A stretch of DNA of 64,000 nucleotides from an uncultured Nitrososphaeraceae archaeon (GCA_963765895.1 CAVXZB010000088.1:64001-128000), one strand, 5' to 3'. Counted from the stretch's first letter, positions 11,107 to 21,611 are shown. The notes: generated by a model not told the origin, from the sequence alone. A program made the numbers and translations.

Positions 11107-11667
11107 TTACACTGCGCATGCCTTATAGCCTGCATACTCGAGATAGGCATCTAATGTATATCTAAAACATGGCACAAAGAATCCTGGACTTGCACTGAAG
11201 AATTTGATCACTTTATCAATTGGCAGGAAATATATGTTCAATACTTCGGAGGAATTCATATTTAGCTGCGTCATGACCTCCTTCTCAGAAAGGAAACATT
11301 CATAGACTGTTACGAAAGCATTCTTTCGCCATTCCGTTTCAGGCTCGCACACATTAACATGAATTTTGCAAATCTCTTTCAAATAGGGTTGAGAATAAAC
11401 TCCGATTTCTTCGCCAAGTCTGCGACTGGCTGCTTGAAGATAACCTTCATCAGCCCTCACGTGTGCACTTACTGATTCAGAAAAAAGGCCTCCATGGGAC
11501 TTTCCAATTCCCCTTTTCTGAAGCAAAAGTCTATAGCCTCCCGAATCTACATCTATAACAAAGATCGATGCGAATCGATGTAATAGGCCTTTGCTGTATA
11601 TTTGGGAAGAGCTCGCCGAACTTACTGGTTTATCAGACTCGTCGACCACAGTCACAGAATATGTCAT
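11107..11667 (-). CDS. Nudix hydrolase, type-1 IPP-isomerase/YfcD-like
   Basis: VVDESD...GLLHRFASIF...LLLQKR...SAHV...AASRRLGEEIG; likely start MTYSV. Confidence 0.8.
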   Translation of the reverse strand: MTYSVTVVDESDKPVSSASSSQIYSKGLLHRFASIFVIDVDSGGYRLLLQKRGIGKSHGGLFSESVSAHVRADEGYLQAASRRLGEEIGVYSQPYLKEICKIHVNVCEPETEWRKNAFVTVYECFLSEKEVMTQLNMNSSEVLNIYFLPIDKVIKFFSASPGFFVPCFRYTLDAYLEYAGYKACAV

Positions 11668-12709
11668 ATGTATATGTATAACTAAAGCAAAACGTATAAT
11701 GCAATTAAACTTTAAAGATATATTCTCTAGACGAATCACGTGAAAAATGTATACTTTTCTTTCTTTTATAACATAGAACCCTACTACTACATGCTAGCAA
11801 CCAATGTCCTTGCCAGAATAGCAAACCGACCGACAAACAGGGAAATAAAATGGAATGAACTTTGCTTTTAGTCATCCATTTATAAATCGATACTTGATCT
11901 AGATTAAAATTGGTCAAATATCTCAGTTGGTCTACCTGTCCACCAAAAGAAAATATGAGATCGCTTCAAAGAAATTGAAATTTAAATGGTAGTATACTCG
12001 TCAGTTGCCGTTTATCTCTCACTGTCCAACTTTCGTTATTTGAAGTTAGATATCTATTCAATCACCTCTTTACGAGTAATATCTTTTCAGAGGAGGCTAT
12101 CTTTAAGATAATTAATAAGACCGATTGAGAAGCTGGATTACCTTATCTGTCGATCATAATCAGATCCCGTTCGGGGTAGGCGCATCGTAGATCAGAGCCG
12201 ACAGTAACGAGAAGACATAGCGCGAATCATCGAGTGCATTTAAATCATGTCTTATTGGCATTAGTATGCTGCACTCGGAGGTTCAGTTATTTTGCTTGCG
12301 CATAATGCACAAAAATCGTGGTTAAATCAACTTGTCTAATAATTACCTAAGTAAATGTATACTAAGTCTCATATTCGTAGCGATCTATTTTGCAAAATCA
12401 CCGCGAAAAAACTTTTTTGACTATAGCCAAATTACAAGTATGAATTTAAAGTAATAATTTCCATAATTCAACTATTTATTATATGCCTATCATATTGCCC
12501 AGCTTTCGTCGACAGATAAAAGTGAATTTAATTCGGCTTTTACGTAATTTGAACATGTAATCAAGTGTTTATATGATTGATAATTCTTGATATGTATGCA
12601 TGAGTTAATTCCAGCTCGGATGATGTAATTTACTAAAAGTAGCAGAAATACTAACCCAGCATTAGTCGCTTGCCTTTAATACTGGGCCGATAGGCGAGAA
12701 TATCAGAAT

Positions 12710-13078
12710 CTAGATGCCTTCGTTATATGGAATTGGTGAGTCAACACATACGCATAAATATTTATCATTACTCTTAGGTAATTTTATTTTGGCTATCTTT
12801 ATATTATCAGTTATTTCTAAAGATTGGAATTGAAGTTTTGGGTTGTCGTTCGAATTAGAACAGAGGCTCCACTTTTTTATGGCCGGTGCCAAATAATTCA
12901 AGTAAAATAAATAACTTCTAGGATGACGTGCAATTAAATTACTTTGTTTATATGCAATATCCCTGTATTTCGCGACAATAAGCTTACCTTCTGCATCCGT
13001 TACAGCGGCGAAGTTCACAAATTTACTAGCTGATATCGCTGCCAGGCAAATTTTGGATAGGAATGTTCTTTCCTCCAT
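12710..13078 (-). CDS. Divergent roadblock/profilin-like hypothetical protein
   Basis: C...ISASKFVNFAAVTDAEGKLIVAKYR resembles the start of 5768 and 36943. Confidence 0.55.
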   Translation of the reverse strand: MEERTFLSKICLAAISASKFVNFAAVTDAEGKLIVAKYRDIAYKQSNLIARHPRSYLFYLNYLAPAIKKWSLCSNSNDNPKLQFQSLEITDNIKIAKIKLPKSNDKYLCVCVDSPIPYNEGI

Positions 13079-13224
13079 CTAATTCTGAAAATACAATATC
13101 GATATAATAATCAGTTCGAAGGAGTTTTACTATACCTTTTCCAATTAGAATTCTATTGTATTATCGATAGAAGCTCTTTAACATATCTACTTACTATCAA
13201 TTGATGCAGACGACTGGTGAAAAG

Positions 13225-14394
13225 TCATTTGATACTTGGACGTGAGCCTACTGTTGTCTCTAGGTTTATGACCTGCCCAGCTCTATAAATAGTAAAACTC
13301 ACTGGATTTCCAGGAGATTTTGTCTTTTCTAAATAAGATATCATGTCCTCGGAACGGGTAATGTTTTTTCCATCAATTGCGGTTAGTATATCGCCACCAT
13401 GTTTTTTACCATACTGATCTGTGATTGAGGCCTCTATCCCAGCTTTGTCAGCTGAGCCACCTCGCAAGATCGTATCTACAAATATGCCCCTTAAATTTGG
13501 GGGTAATTTTCCTACCCGACTTGCCAGATCAGAGGTCAGAGTGGCAACTTTGAGTCCGAGGTATGGATGCGTATAATTTCCCTTATCGATCAATACTGGA
13601 ACAATATGTCTGACAATATCTGATGGAATTGCAAAGTTTATTCCTCCAGGTATCCCTCCAAAGGTAACGCCAACTACCTGGCCTCTGATATTAAACAGAG
13701 GTCCTCCTGAATTACCAGGGTTAAGTGCTGCATCAGTTTGAAGCACATCAGGAATAGAATATCCCCCCACCGGAGCTTGCACTGCTCGTCCGATTTGACT
13801 TACAATACCAGTTGTCATTGTATTGTCCAAGCCATATGGATTACCAATAGCTACCACCTGATCTCCCACTTCAAGTTCTGATGAATTACCTAATGCTAGC
13901 GGATTAAATAGGAATTGTAACAATTTTTGAGTGTTATTACTGTTTGGACTTAGGATCTTTAATACAGCCAAATCACTATAAGGATCTCGTCCTGTCACAT
14001 TAGCAGTATATCTATTTCCATTTATTGAGGTGATATCAACTGACTTTGCTTCTCCTACAACATGACTGTTGGTAACTATATGTCCTTGTCTATCATAAAC
14101 AAACCCTGAGCCTAGTGCTGTTTGGTTTTCACCTCCAGGCTGCTGACTACCAGTCGGATTAGCTGATGGTACCTTACTCGTAATTTGAACGACTGAACCC
14201 TCTACTTTTTGGAAAAGCTCGTTAAGTAAAGAAGAATGATCTGAAGTAACTCCGAAAGCCAAAGGAATTTGCTGATGAACTATACAGATCGATACAAATA
14301 TTGAGAAAAGCAGTACAAACCCTGACTGTACTTGATAATTATACATTTTTCTGTCTAACAAATCTTGCCAGATTATATACGATATTATTGCCAT
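13225..14394 (-). CDS. htrA: HtrA/DegP-family serine protease with PDZ domain
   Basis: GSGF, TNSHVV, SDLAVL, QTDAALNPGNSGGPL catalytic triad; C-terminal PDZ; N-terminal TM. Confidence 0.95.
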   Translation of the reverse strand: MAIISYIIWQDLLDRKMYNYQVQSGFVLLFSIFVSICIVHQQIPLAFGVTSDHSSLLNELFQKVEGSVVQITSKVPSANPTGSQQPGGENQTALGSGFVYDRQGHIVTNSHVVGEAKSVDITSINGNRYTANVTGRDPYSDLAVLKILSPNSNNTQKLLQFLFNPLALGNSSELEVGDQVVAIGNPYGLDNTMTTGIVSQIGRAVQAPVGGYSIPDVLQTDAALNPGNSGGPLFNIRGQVVGVTFGGIPGGINFAIPSDIVRHIVPVLIDKGNYTHPYLGLKVATLTSDLASRVGKLPPNLRGIFVDTILRGGSADKAGIEASITDQYGKKHGGDILTAIDGKNITRSEDMISYLEKTKSPGNPVSFTIYRAGQVINLETTVGSRPSIK

Positions 14395-14741
14395 ATATTA
14401 TTGTAAGGAATGATTCCATTTTTGTGCAATATCGCTCGACATACTTGGTACTTATACTATTAGTGTTGTCTTCCGAAGGCTTGATAGATTCTTTGGTTCA
14501 ATTTAGCAGAGATATAATAAATAATCAAAAAGCTATGTTCATACACCTGGTAAAAACTAGGTCTTCTTTTTTTGAGCGAATTGTTAAACGACATCTAGAT
14601 TATTCCTCGGTTATTCAATTGAAGTATATATAGGATATGTAGGATATGTTCGTGTTCTAAGGTAGACATTTGTGATTGCTGCGCTACACGTGCCTCTGTA
14701 AATATTTGCTTCATATACAAGTAGCATCTAAGTTGTTATGA

Positions 14742-16124
14742 CTAAATAATCTGATTTTGTAATTTCAGATTAGAGATCAAATATGTGCCTACGTTCGTGT
14801 TGTATTTGACGGATGGTTTATCCTTATTAGCAATGTAGCCGATGATGAATGGTTCGTAATTATGTTTTCGCAAGTCCTCAATGATCAAATTTGAGACATT
14901 TGGAGATGCTATTATCAAATGACAGCCGTTTGCTGGAATAGTGGAGTTTGAAATCAAATATTCCTTTGTCACGAATTTTGCGATTTCATCATTCATGATT
15001 GGGATCTCATTTATGATAATCTCGGAATTAGTCAAAAATGAAAGCTTCTTGACTGCAAGGATCCCCTCGCTGGAAACTGGATAGACAGCCATTATGTGCT
15101 CAGATTTGTCGAAATTTGTACCAAAATCGGGACAATATTTAGAAATTACCCTACCCAACGAGAACTTGGGCTCACTAAGGTTTTTCAGTATATGATCTCT
15201 AGCTTTAGTAAGGTCTCTAAGATTGATCCCATTCCGTTCCAGCTGGAACACGAGACTTGGATCCATTTTTGTTAGCATGAAAAGGCCAAATGCTGATAGT
15301 GTTCCAAACTTATTTGAAATTATTAGCTGCATTCCTGTCTCTACCTGATCATAATTCACAGGTAATTCTTTCAATGTATTTGCTATTGCGGTATTACCAA
15401 AGAAAAGCCTACCAACTTTGAGCGAGCTATAGTCCTCCATCCCCAAATTATACCTTGATGTAAATGCATCAAGATTTTCTCTTATCCTATCTAACATGAC
15501 TTCAGATGAGGCGTCATATATCGGAAAAAGCACGAAACCTGAAGTGCATCCGAGAAGATTTAGATGATCAATCGTTTTGACCATCGCAATATTGCTATTA
15601 ATCTCAGAATCTAGGTTCAATGTTGGATCAATAACTTGAGCTGCAGAATTGCTTGCCGCGGTAAACCCCACCTTGTCGCCTTTATGCAGCTGAACATAGT
15701 CAAGTACTGCAAACTGAGATCCCTGATGCGATGTCAATGATACTGTGTTCTTCTTAATGAGAACTTTTGACTGGAATTTCTTAAAAAATTTGATTAACAT
15801 GTTTTCAAATAATAATTGGTTTTCTCCTATCTCACTATGGATCTGAAATAGGGAAAGAGCATGACGAATTGCGACTTCTTTTTCCATGACATCATTTTCA
15901 TTGAGAGCAAATACCCTTCGGGTGAGTTCTGGGGCCTTTTTATCTGAATAATGTAATGCATCGAACCATCTAGGATCTATCTTTATACTGCATCGTTTAA
16001 CTTTCTCCATAGTAGTTTGCAACAAGTCACTGTCAAGTTCATTAGAGCAGGTAGGAATCCACCTTAAAGGATCAAGTCCTTCCCCTCTATAGATATATAC
16101 TTGATCCCAAAAATTTTCAGACAA
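14742..16124 (-). CDS. SelD-related (PurM/selenophosphate-synthetase fold) protein, divergent
   Basis: N-terminal GLDPLRWIPTC, QVIDP...NIAMVKTIDHLNLLGC, QLIISNKFGTL and C-terminal ANGCHLIIAS...PFIIGYI resemble crenarchaeal SelD-like proteins as recalled. Confidence 0.65.
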   Translation of the reverse strand: MSENFWDQVYIYRGEGLDPLRWIPTCSNELDSDLLQTTMEKVKRCSIKIDPRWFDALHYSDKKAPELTRRVFALNENDVMEKEVAIRHALSLFQIHSEIGENQLLFENMLIKFFKKFQSKVLIKKNTVSLTSHQGSQFAVLDYVQLHKGDKVGFTAASNSAAQVIDPTLNLDSEINSNIAMVKTIDHLNLLGCTSGFVLFPIYDASSEVMLDRIRENLDAFTSRYNLGMEDYSSLKVGRLFFGNTAIANTLKELPVNYDQVETGMQLIISNKFGTLSAFGLFMLTKMDPSLVFQLERNGINLRDLTKARDHILKNLSEPKFSLGRVISKYCPDFGTNFDKSEHIMAVYPVSSEGILAVKKLSFLTNSEIIINEIPIMNDEIAKFVTKEYLISNSTIPANGCHLIIASPNVSNLIIEDLRKHNYEPFIIGYIANKDKPSVKYNTNVGTYLISNLKLQNQII

Positions 16125-16623
16125 TTAGAACCTCTCCCAATATTCACTTAAACCTAGTCTTATCGACATGATATATAGGAAAATACTGCTTAATAAACAA
16201 AACATTTGGATCATAGCACGACAATTGCCAAAAAATCGTAGTCTTTAATTAGCCTAAAATATAAAACGACTATATGATGCATGTAAGAATATCCCAGCAA
16301 AGTCCTCTTAGACCAGATAAATGACTCTTATGGATGGAAATTGATCAGTTCCGAAAAATTAATTATAACATGAACTGTTTTTGAATTAACGTTTCTTGAA
16401 ATAATTTGAATATATCGATTACAGAGGTGATAGTTCTGAATTTTTCAGTCCCTTGTCAAATTGTTTTTCTGCTGGCGGCTGCGAATATTTATGTACATGT
16501 ATATGCTTTTAGGGTGGGATACAGAGTTGGCTTAGTTAACCTGCATTATGATAAATTTGGTATTCTGCCAGGCATAAGTATGGGGCATTTAAAACAAATA
16601 AAAATAAACTTAATTGGCTGATT

Positions 16624-17109
16624 TTATTCTTCGGAATTAGAATCAACGTATAACTTGATTCCAAGATGCCTTTCAAGTTTTCTTGCCAGTACTTCATCTG
16701 GTTTCAATGCACCTGTTTCAAACTTCCTTAATAGAGCTGCTCTTTCATTCATTAGGTTTGCCAATTGTTCATGTGTAAAGCCCTTTTTCATGCGAGCCTG
16801 CCTTATTAGTCTTGAAAAATCAGAGGCAAGTATGGTATCGTCGGTCATCTGAATCTTATGAACAGTATAACGAGTTCTATTTGTACTAGGCTTGCTATTG
16901 GAGGGGTATCGATTTCGATTCATATTAGGATTCACGATATTTGTGGCCTTTCCACCACGATTTGATATACTGCTATCAGTGGGAGCTGACTCGTTTGGTT
17001 TCCCATGTTTTGAGCATGGAATGCAGACGTTAAATGGGCTGCCATCAATTAGGACAGCTCTTTTTCCGGTTGTCAGCTGGCGTCCGCATAGTTCACAATA
17101 TGACGGCAT
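16624..17109 (-). CDS. mbf1: Archaeal multiprotein bridging factor 1 (zinc ribbon + HTH)
   Basis: CELCG...VCIPC zinc ribbon; IRQARMKKGFTHEQLA...FETGALKPD HTH. Confidence 0.92.
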   Translation of the reverse strand: MPSYCELCGRQLTTGKRAVLIDGSPFNVCIPCSKHGKPNESAPTDSSISNRGGKATNIVNPNMNRNRYPSNSKPSTNRTRYTVHKIQMTDDTILASDFSRLIRQARMKKGFTHEQLANLMNERAALLRKFETGALKPDEVLARKLERHLGIKLYVDSNSEE

Positions 17110-17214
17110 ACGATCAAATTGAGACCATTGCGAATTTAGCCTTTTCTTTAGCATAACCTGCGAATAGTCTCATAGATAGTCAATTGTGATCTTGATTCAT
17201 TATAATCACTTGAT

Positions 17215-17237
17215 AACCCGGACAAACTGTCTGGGTT
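17215..17237. repeat. Inverted repeat between divergent genes
   Basis: AACCCGGACA-aac-TGTCTGGGTT, 10-bp arms with one mismatch (G-U if RNA). Confidence 0.5.
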
Positions 17238-17366
17238 TATACATGTACAATTTAAGATGTCGGAATCTATCCGAGATTTTCTCAATTTATTAATAGTCAG
17301 AACGCAGGCCAAGCTCATAAGATTTATCTTGTATTTGAATTCTTTGAAATAGTGTGATTTGTACTA

Positions 17367-17825
17367 TTGAACTCGAATGAAAAAATCTACCATCATTTAA
17401 GAGCATTATTTAAAATAGATATGCATCCAATGGGAGAATTGGAGTTCGAATATTCTAGGAGAACGGGCCGTATTAAGAATTTCAGCATTGGAGGGAGTTT
17501 ATTTGCCACTCTAAGAACTGACGGCGGACTTGCCATAACAATATTCGGTGCTAGAAATTTGATGAAAAATAAGGGTTTTAAAGAGAACTGTGTGATACCT
17601 AATTCAGAGTCGTTACCGTTTGTCTGTGAAGGCCGATCATTATTTTCTAAACATGTGAAATGGTGCGGATCAAATGTTGAAATAGGATCAGACGTAGCGA
17701 TCATAGACACTAGTGATAATGTGCTAGCTGTAGGAAGAGCCCTCCTTGGAGCTAGAGTAATGAAGACATATCGAAAAGGAGTTGCGGTCAAGGTTAGAGA
17801 AGGAATAAAAAGCCGAGCGGATTAA
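17367..17825 (+). CDS. Stand-alone pre-PUA/PUA RNA-binding protein (resembles ArcTGT C-terminal domains)
   Basis: SRRTGRIK...ATLRTDGGL...EGRSLFSKHV...GSDVAII...LAVGRA...GVAVKVREG. Confidence 0.88.
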   Translation: MNSNEKIYHHLRALFKIDMHPMGELEFEYSRRTGRIKNFSIGGSLFATLRTDGGLAITIFGARNLMKNKGFKENCVIPNSESLPFVCEGRSLFSKHVKWCGSNVEIGSDVAIIDTSDNVLAVGRALLGARVMKTYRKGVAVKVREGIKSRAD

Positions 17826-17831
17826 CTACTC

Positions 17832-18179
17832 ATGATTGATATGATGCGCGGAGGCAATCGTGAGATGAGAAGAATGCTGGATAAGATGGGATTGGAGATG
17901 AAGGATATGGGCAATGTTGAAGAGGTCGTTATTAAGACTGAAACTAGGGAGCTCTATCTCATAAAACCTCAGATTATAGAGATGAAAGGGAAAGATAATA
18001 CTATCTTTCAAGTAGTTGCGACTGATATTCAAGAACGGCAAAGAGAGATTCCATTTTTCAAAGATGAAGATGTAGTCCTTGTGATGCAACAGGCAAATGT
18101 AACAAAAGAAAAGGCAATTCAAGCGTTAATTGACTCAAAGGGCGACATGGCTCAAGCAATCTTAAGTCTCACTATATGA
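17832..18179 (+). CDS. nac: Nascent polypeptide-associated complex protein
   Basis: REMRRMLDKMGL...VEEVVIK; UBA-like EDVVLVMQQANVTKEKAIQAL...GDMAQAI. Confidence 0.95.
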   Translation: MIDMMRGGNREMRRMLDKMGLEMKDMGNVEEVVIKTETRELYLIKPQIIEMKGKDNTIFQVVATDIQERQREIPFFKDEDVVLVMQQANVTKEKAIQALIDSKGDMAQAILSLTI

Positions 18180-18348
18180 ATTAATTCTCAGTACCTTGAA
18201 TCATAAAAATTGCGTTCCTTGTCTATGATTGATTAGATCAGGATTTATTTATTAGTATAAGATTCAGACTCACATGCCATGGATTGATCTCATTGAAAAA
18301 TACCACAGCCAATAATTCCATGAGGGATATCGCAATAGTAATTCTAGT

Positions 18349-18735
18349 CTACAGCAGAGTATTTGCATTCTGAGTATTTTTCGGATTAATTAAATCGTGT
18401 GAATCTACTGGTTTTTCAATAAATGGTCGCAATTGTGATAATTCTAAAACAAATTTTTCTAATAGTAAAACAGCGTTAAGGTCAGTATTGAGCTTATACA
18501 TACTGGTTTTTCCAATCCTTCGACTACTGTAAATTAACTGGGTTCTTTCAAGATCGGGTATTTCCCTAAAGATAGTCCTAAATGACAAACCAGTTTTTTG
18601 CGAGATTTCATTTGCAGAATAATCAAATTCCTTGTGGTCAAGAAAGAAGTCTAGTATCTGAGCAACAGCTCTCGAGGAGAATAGCCTTGTCAAAATACCA
18701 CAATCCGATTGATCACTATAACCCTCAACTATCAC
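18349..18735 (-). CDS. Winged-helix transcriptional regulator
   Basis: ILDFFLDHKEFDYSANEISQKTGLSFRTI...RRIGKTSMYKLN. Confidence 0.85.
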   Translation of the reverse strand: MIVEGYSDQSDCGILTRLFSSRAVAQILDFFLDHKEFDYSANEISQKTGLSFRTIFREIPDLERTQLIYSSRRIGKTSMYKLNTDLNAVLLLEKFVLELSQLRPFIEKPVDSHDLINPKNTQNANTLL

Positions 18736-18869
18736 AGATTAGCTACAACTTTGCCATATTTGTCTCTTTCTATGAAAATGGATTTAAGTGTAGTGCACTT
18801 TATTAAGGTAATAAGCCGACACATATGTCCATTTATCAACAAATAAATATCTAAATACTATTATTTGCA

Positions 18870-19598
18870 GTGATGGATTCATACAAAACAGCTATCCTTC
18901 GTATATTAATAAAGCGTCAGAAGAATCCAATCGAAATATCCAGTTTGGTTGATGGGTTTCCGAGTCATTTCAAGAATGAGGTAACCTCCTCAATTTTCTA
19001 TTTGCATTCGCTTGGATATGTCTCGATTTATCATTCTCCTACAGGTAATAAATATATCTCATTAAATCTAAAAATGAAAAGGGACACTTTACGTATAGTA
19101 AATCCAGACTTAGATGCCTCATATCAAAACATGCGTTTGGGCTTGCATTATAATTCAAATAACACAATTGACGACATAGAAAAGGCAGTTACTGAAAAGA
19201 AATGCACCAGTATTTTACCGTCAGTGCGAAGATCGATTATCGGAGCAGTTCTGCTTATAGCTGCAGTGTCCACGTGGGCTCTAATAACTGCATATAATCA
19301 TCCTGGTGGCGCAGACTTCCTTTCTAATAAAATCAGCGATATGCAAGGCCCTAGCGTAAGCAGACCTGTAGACTATTCATTGCCACAAAAAGGTTCTGAT
19401 CTTGTGTTAGTTTCAAATTATGTAATCGAGCCCCCGTATAATTTCGCAATTATTCAGACTGAATTTCCATTATCGACATCAACATTAATGCACCATCATA
19501 ATCCTTACCTTAGGTTAATAGTTGAGCAGATTGATTCCAGAATTGATGGGAATTCAATCATAAAGATCACGGAGAATTCAAGTAGATATAGGGTTTAG
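18870..19598 (+). CDS. Hypothetical protein: N-terminal wHTH-like domain, one TM helix, C-terminal extension
   Basis: ILRIL...V.SSIFYLHSLGYVSI...YISL; TM IIGAVLLIAAVSTWALITAY. Confidence 0.6.
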   Translation: MMDSYKTAILRILIKRQKNPIEISSLVDGFPSHFKNEVTSSIFYLHSLGYVSIYHSPTGNKYISLNLKMKRDTLRIVNPDLDASYQNMRLGLHYNSNNTIDDIEKAVTEKKCTSILPSVRRSIIGAVLLIAAVSTWALITAYNHPGGADFLSNKISDMQGPSVSRPVDYSLPQKGSDLVLVSNYVIEPPYNFAIIQTEFPLSTSTLMHHHNPYLRLIVEQIDSRIDGNSIIKITENSSRYRV

Positions 19599-19662
19599 AT
19601 AAGGTTAAATGATACACTAGAAATCTAATTCGGACATTCTCTAAATTTCTTGCTTTAAATTT

Positions 19663-20815
19663 CTAAGCCGTATTGATGAAGGGGTCGGCATGTGACAAAA
19701 TTATGTTTGAGATTTCAGGTCTCATTAAATATTCTGCAGGTTTTTCACCAGAGTTAATTAATTTTCTCATCTTAGTACCGCTTAAAACTTCTCTAAACTC
19801 TATTCCATGTGGACAATTCTTAGCATTTGAATATCCTAGGCATCTCTTACAGTAATAAAATTCCGGAAAAAATATTGGCTCGATTTCTAGATCAGGATAA
19901 TCCCTGAAGATCTCGTGAGCAGCAAATGGTTGATAAAATTGACCAACACCAGCATGATCTCTTCCAACAATAAAGTGAGAACATCCAAAATTTTTTCTCA
20001 TGATTGCATGATGGATTGCTTCTTTAGGTCCGGCATACCTCATCTCGGTATGGAGGGTTGCAAAAATAGTGCTGTACCTCGGATAATAGTTTTGAATTAA
20101 AGAATCATAGGCGTTCAAAATCAACTCGTCCTTGAAATCACCTTGTTTCTTCCTACCGATCAGAGGATTCAAAAATAGACCGTCGTATATATTTAACGCT
20201 CGCTTTTTGCACCATTTCATGAGCAATATGAGGCACGTTTCTGGTTTGAAATCCCACGACTGTCTCCCATCCTCGCTTCTGAATATCGGATCTCGTTTCC
20301 GAAGGAGTCATTCTAAACTTTCTTAAGGGGGACTGAGATATTCTTGAAATCACATCAACTTTTCCTCCAATAAGATATTCATTCATTTCCGAAATTTTCT
20401 GGACACCTGGATGCCTTAAGTCATCAGTCTTGTAAAGCGCTTTTGAAACTAAAAGCTTTTCCAGCGGGTATATCTCGTCTACGTGTAATACGCCAAAGTA
20501 CTCATTGTTGTTTTTCAATAAAACTTCTCTAGCATCTTTAATCCTGATGGAAGTCTGTTTGTCGATATCTAAAATAATTGGGATGGTCCACGCTAAATCA
20601 TTGCTCAGTCTTCCATGCAAAACAATATTTTGAAAATCCTCATTTCCGACGAAACCCTCTAATGGGCTAAAAATACCATCAGCTATATTTTCAATATCAT
20701 TTCTTAAATCATTACTGACATCTAGAAATGTCATTCCATCAAAGCTCTTGCTAGTTTCGAAAAACCTATTTACGAGCCTGCCTCCATGAGGCAATATGGT
20801 ATTACTATGACCCAT
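19663..20815 (-). CDS. sat: Sulfate adenylyltransferase (one frameshift near 20200, probably a sequencing error)
   Basis: PHGGRLVNR, FSPLEGF, FQTRNVPHIAHE, then YAGPKEAIHHAIMRKNFGCSHFIVGRDHAG in the second frame. Confidence 0.93.
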
Positions 20816-20825
20816 GTCTTCACTG

Positions 20826-21611
20826 TTACCTTTTTTGGGTTTTCCAATGTAAACCGCATTCCTTATGTACTGAGTTTTCCCACCACCATCTACCAGATCT
20901 CTGGTCTTCTTCAGGTTTTACCGCACGTGTACACGGTTCACAACCAATACTAGGATATCCTAGGTCATGTAACTTATTATAGGGTACATTATTCTTTTTT
21001 ATGTAATCCCAAACCATATCTGTACTCCAATCGGCCAAGGGATTAACTTTAACAATATTTTTGTGCAGGTCATCTATTTCTATCTTTTTAATAGATTGCC
21101 TTGTACTTGTCTGGTCTCTTCTTAGACCTGTTATCCATGCATCAAGGTTGCTTAGTGCCCTAGCAAGTGGCCTAACCTTTCTGACATTACAGCAGAGTTT
21201 CCTATTATCAATACTATCATACATTAAGTTTAGTCCCTTTGTCCTTACCATTTGCTCCACGTCGTTTCGCTCCGGAAAATATATTTCAACAGTGATATCA
21301 TACCTCTTGCGAATTGTATCAATTATATCGTATGTTTCTTGATTAAGTCGTCCAGTATCAAGTGTGAAAATTTTGGCTTTCTTACTATCGATCTTGCTCA
21401 TTAGATCTATGAGGACAACGTCCTCAGCACCAAAACTTGATGCAAGTCCTATGCTCGTGCCGTATGTATCAATTGCCCATTTCAAAACATCATATGCAGA
21501 TTTATTCTCCATTTTATCCGCTATCTCACCCAATTGTGATATCGTCAGTCTTGATACACTAGATTTAATCAGAATCACGAATGATGTTTTGTATTGTAGA
21601 CTTATATTCAT
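20826..21611 (-). CDS. cysH: APS/PAPS reductase (4Fe-4S APS-reductase type)
   Basis: SSFGAED, LDTGRL, CCNVRK, GYPSIGCEPCT, RSGRWWWE, ECGLH; start probably downstream of the track start. Confidence 0.95.
   Translation of the reverse strand: MNISLQYKTSFVILIKSSVSRLTISQLGEIADKMENKSAYDVLKWAIDTYGTSIGLASSFGAEDVVLIDLMSKIDSKKAKIFTLDTGRLNQETYDIIDTIRKRYDITVEIYFPERNDVEQMVRTKGLNLMYDSIDNRKLCCNVRKVRPLARALSNLDAWITGLRRDQTSTRQSIKKIEIDDLHKNIVKVNPLADWSTDMVWDYIKKNNVPYNKLHDLGYPSIGCEPCTRAVKPEEDQRSGRWWWENSVHKECGLHWKTQKR

Noticed and set aside
12120-12240. GC-richer intergenic patch with the FMN-riboswitch-like word GAGCCGACAGT
   Set aside because: The other FMN-riboswitch conserved elements are missing and there is no suitable downstream gene
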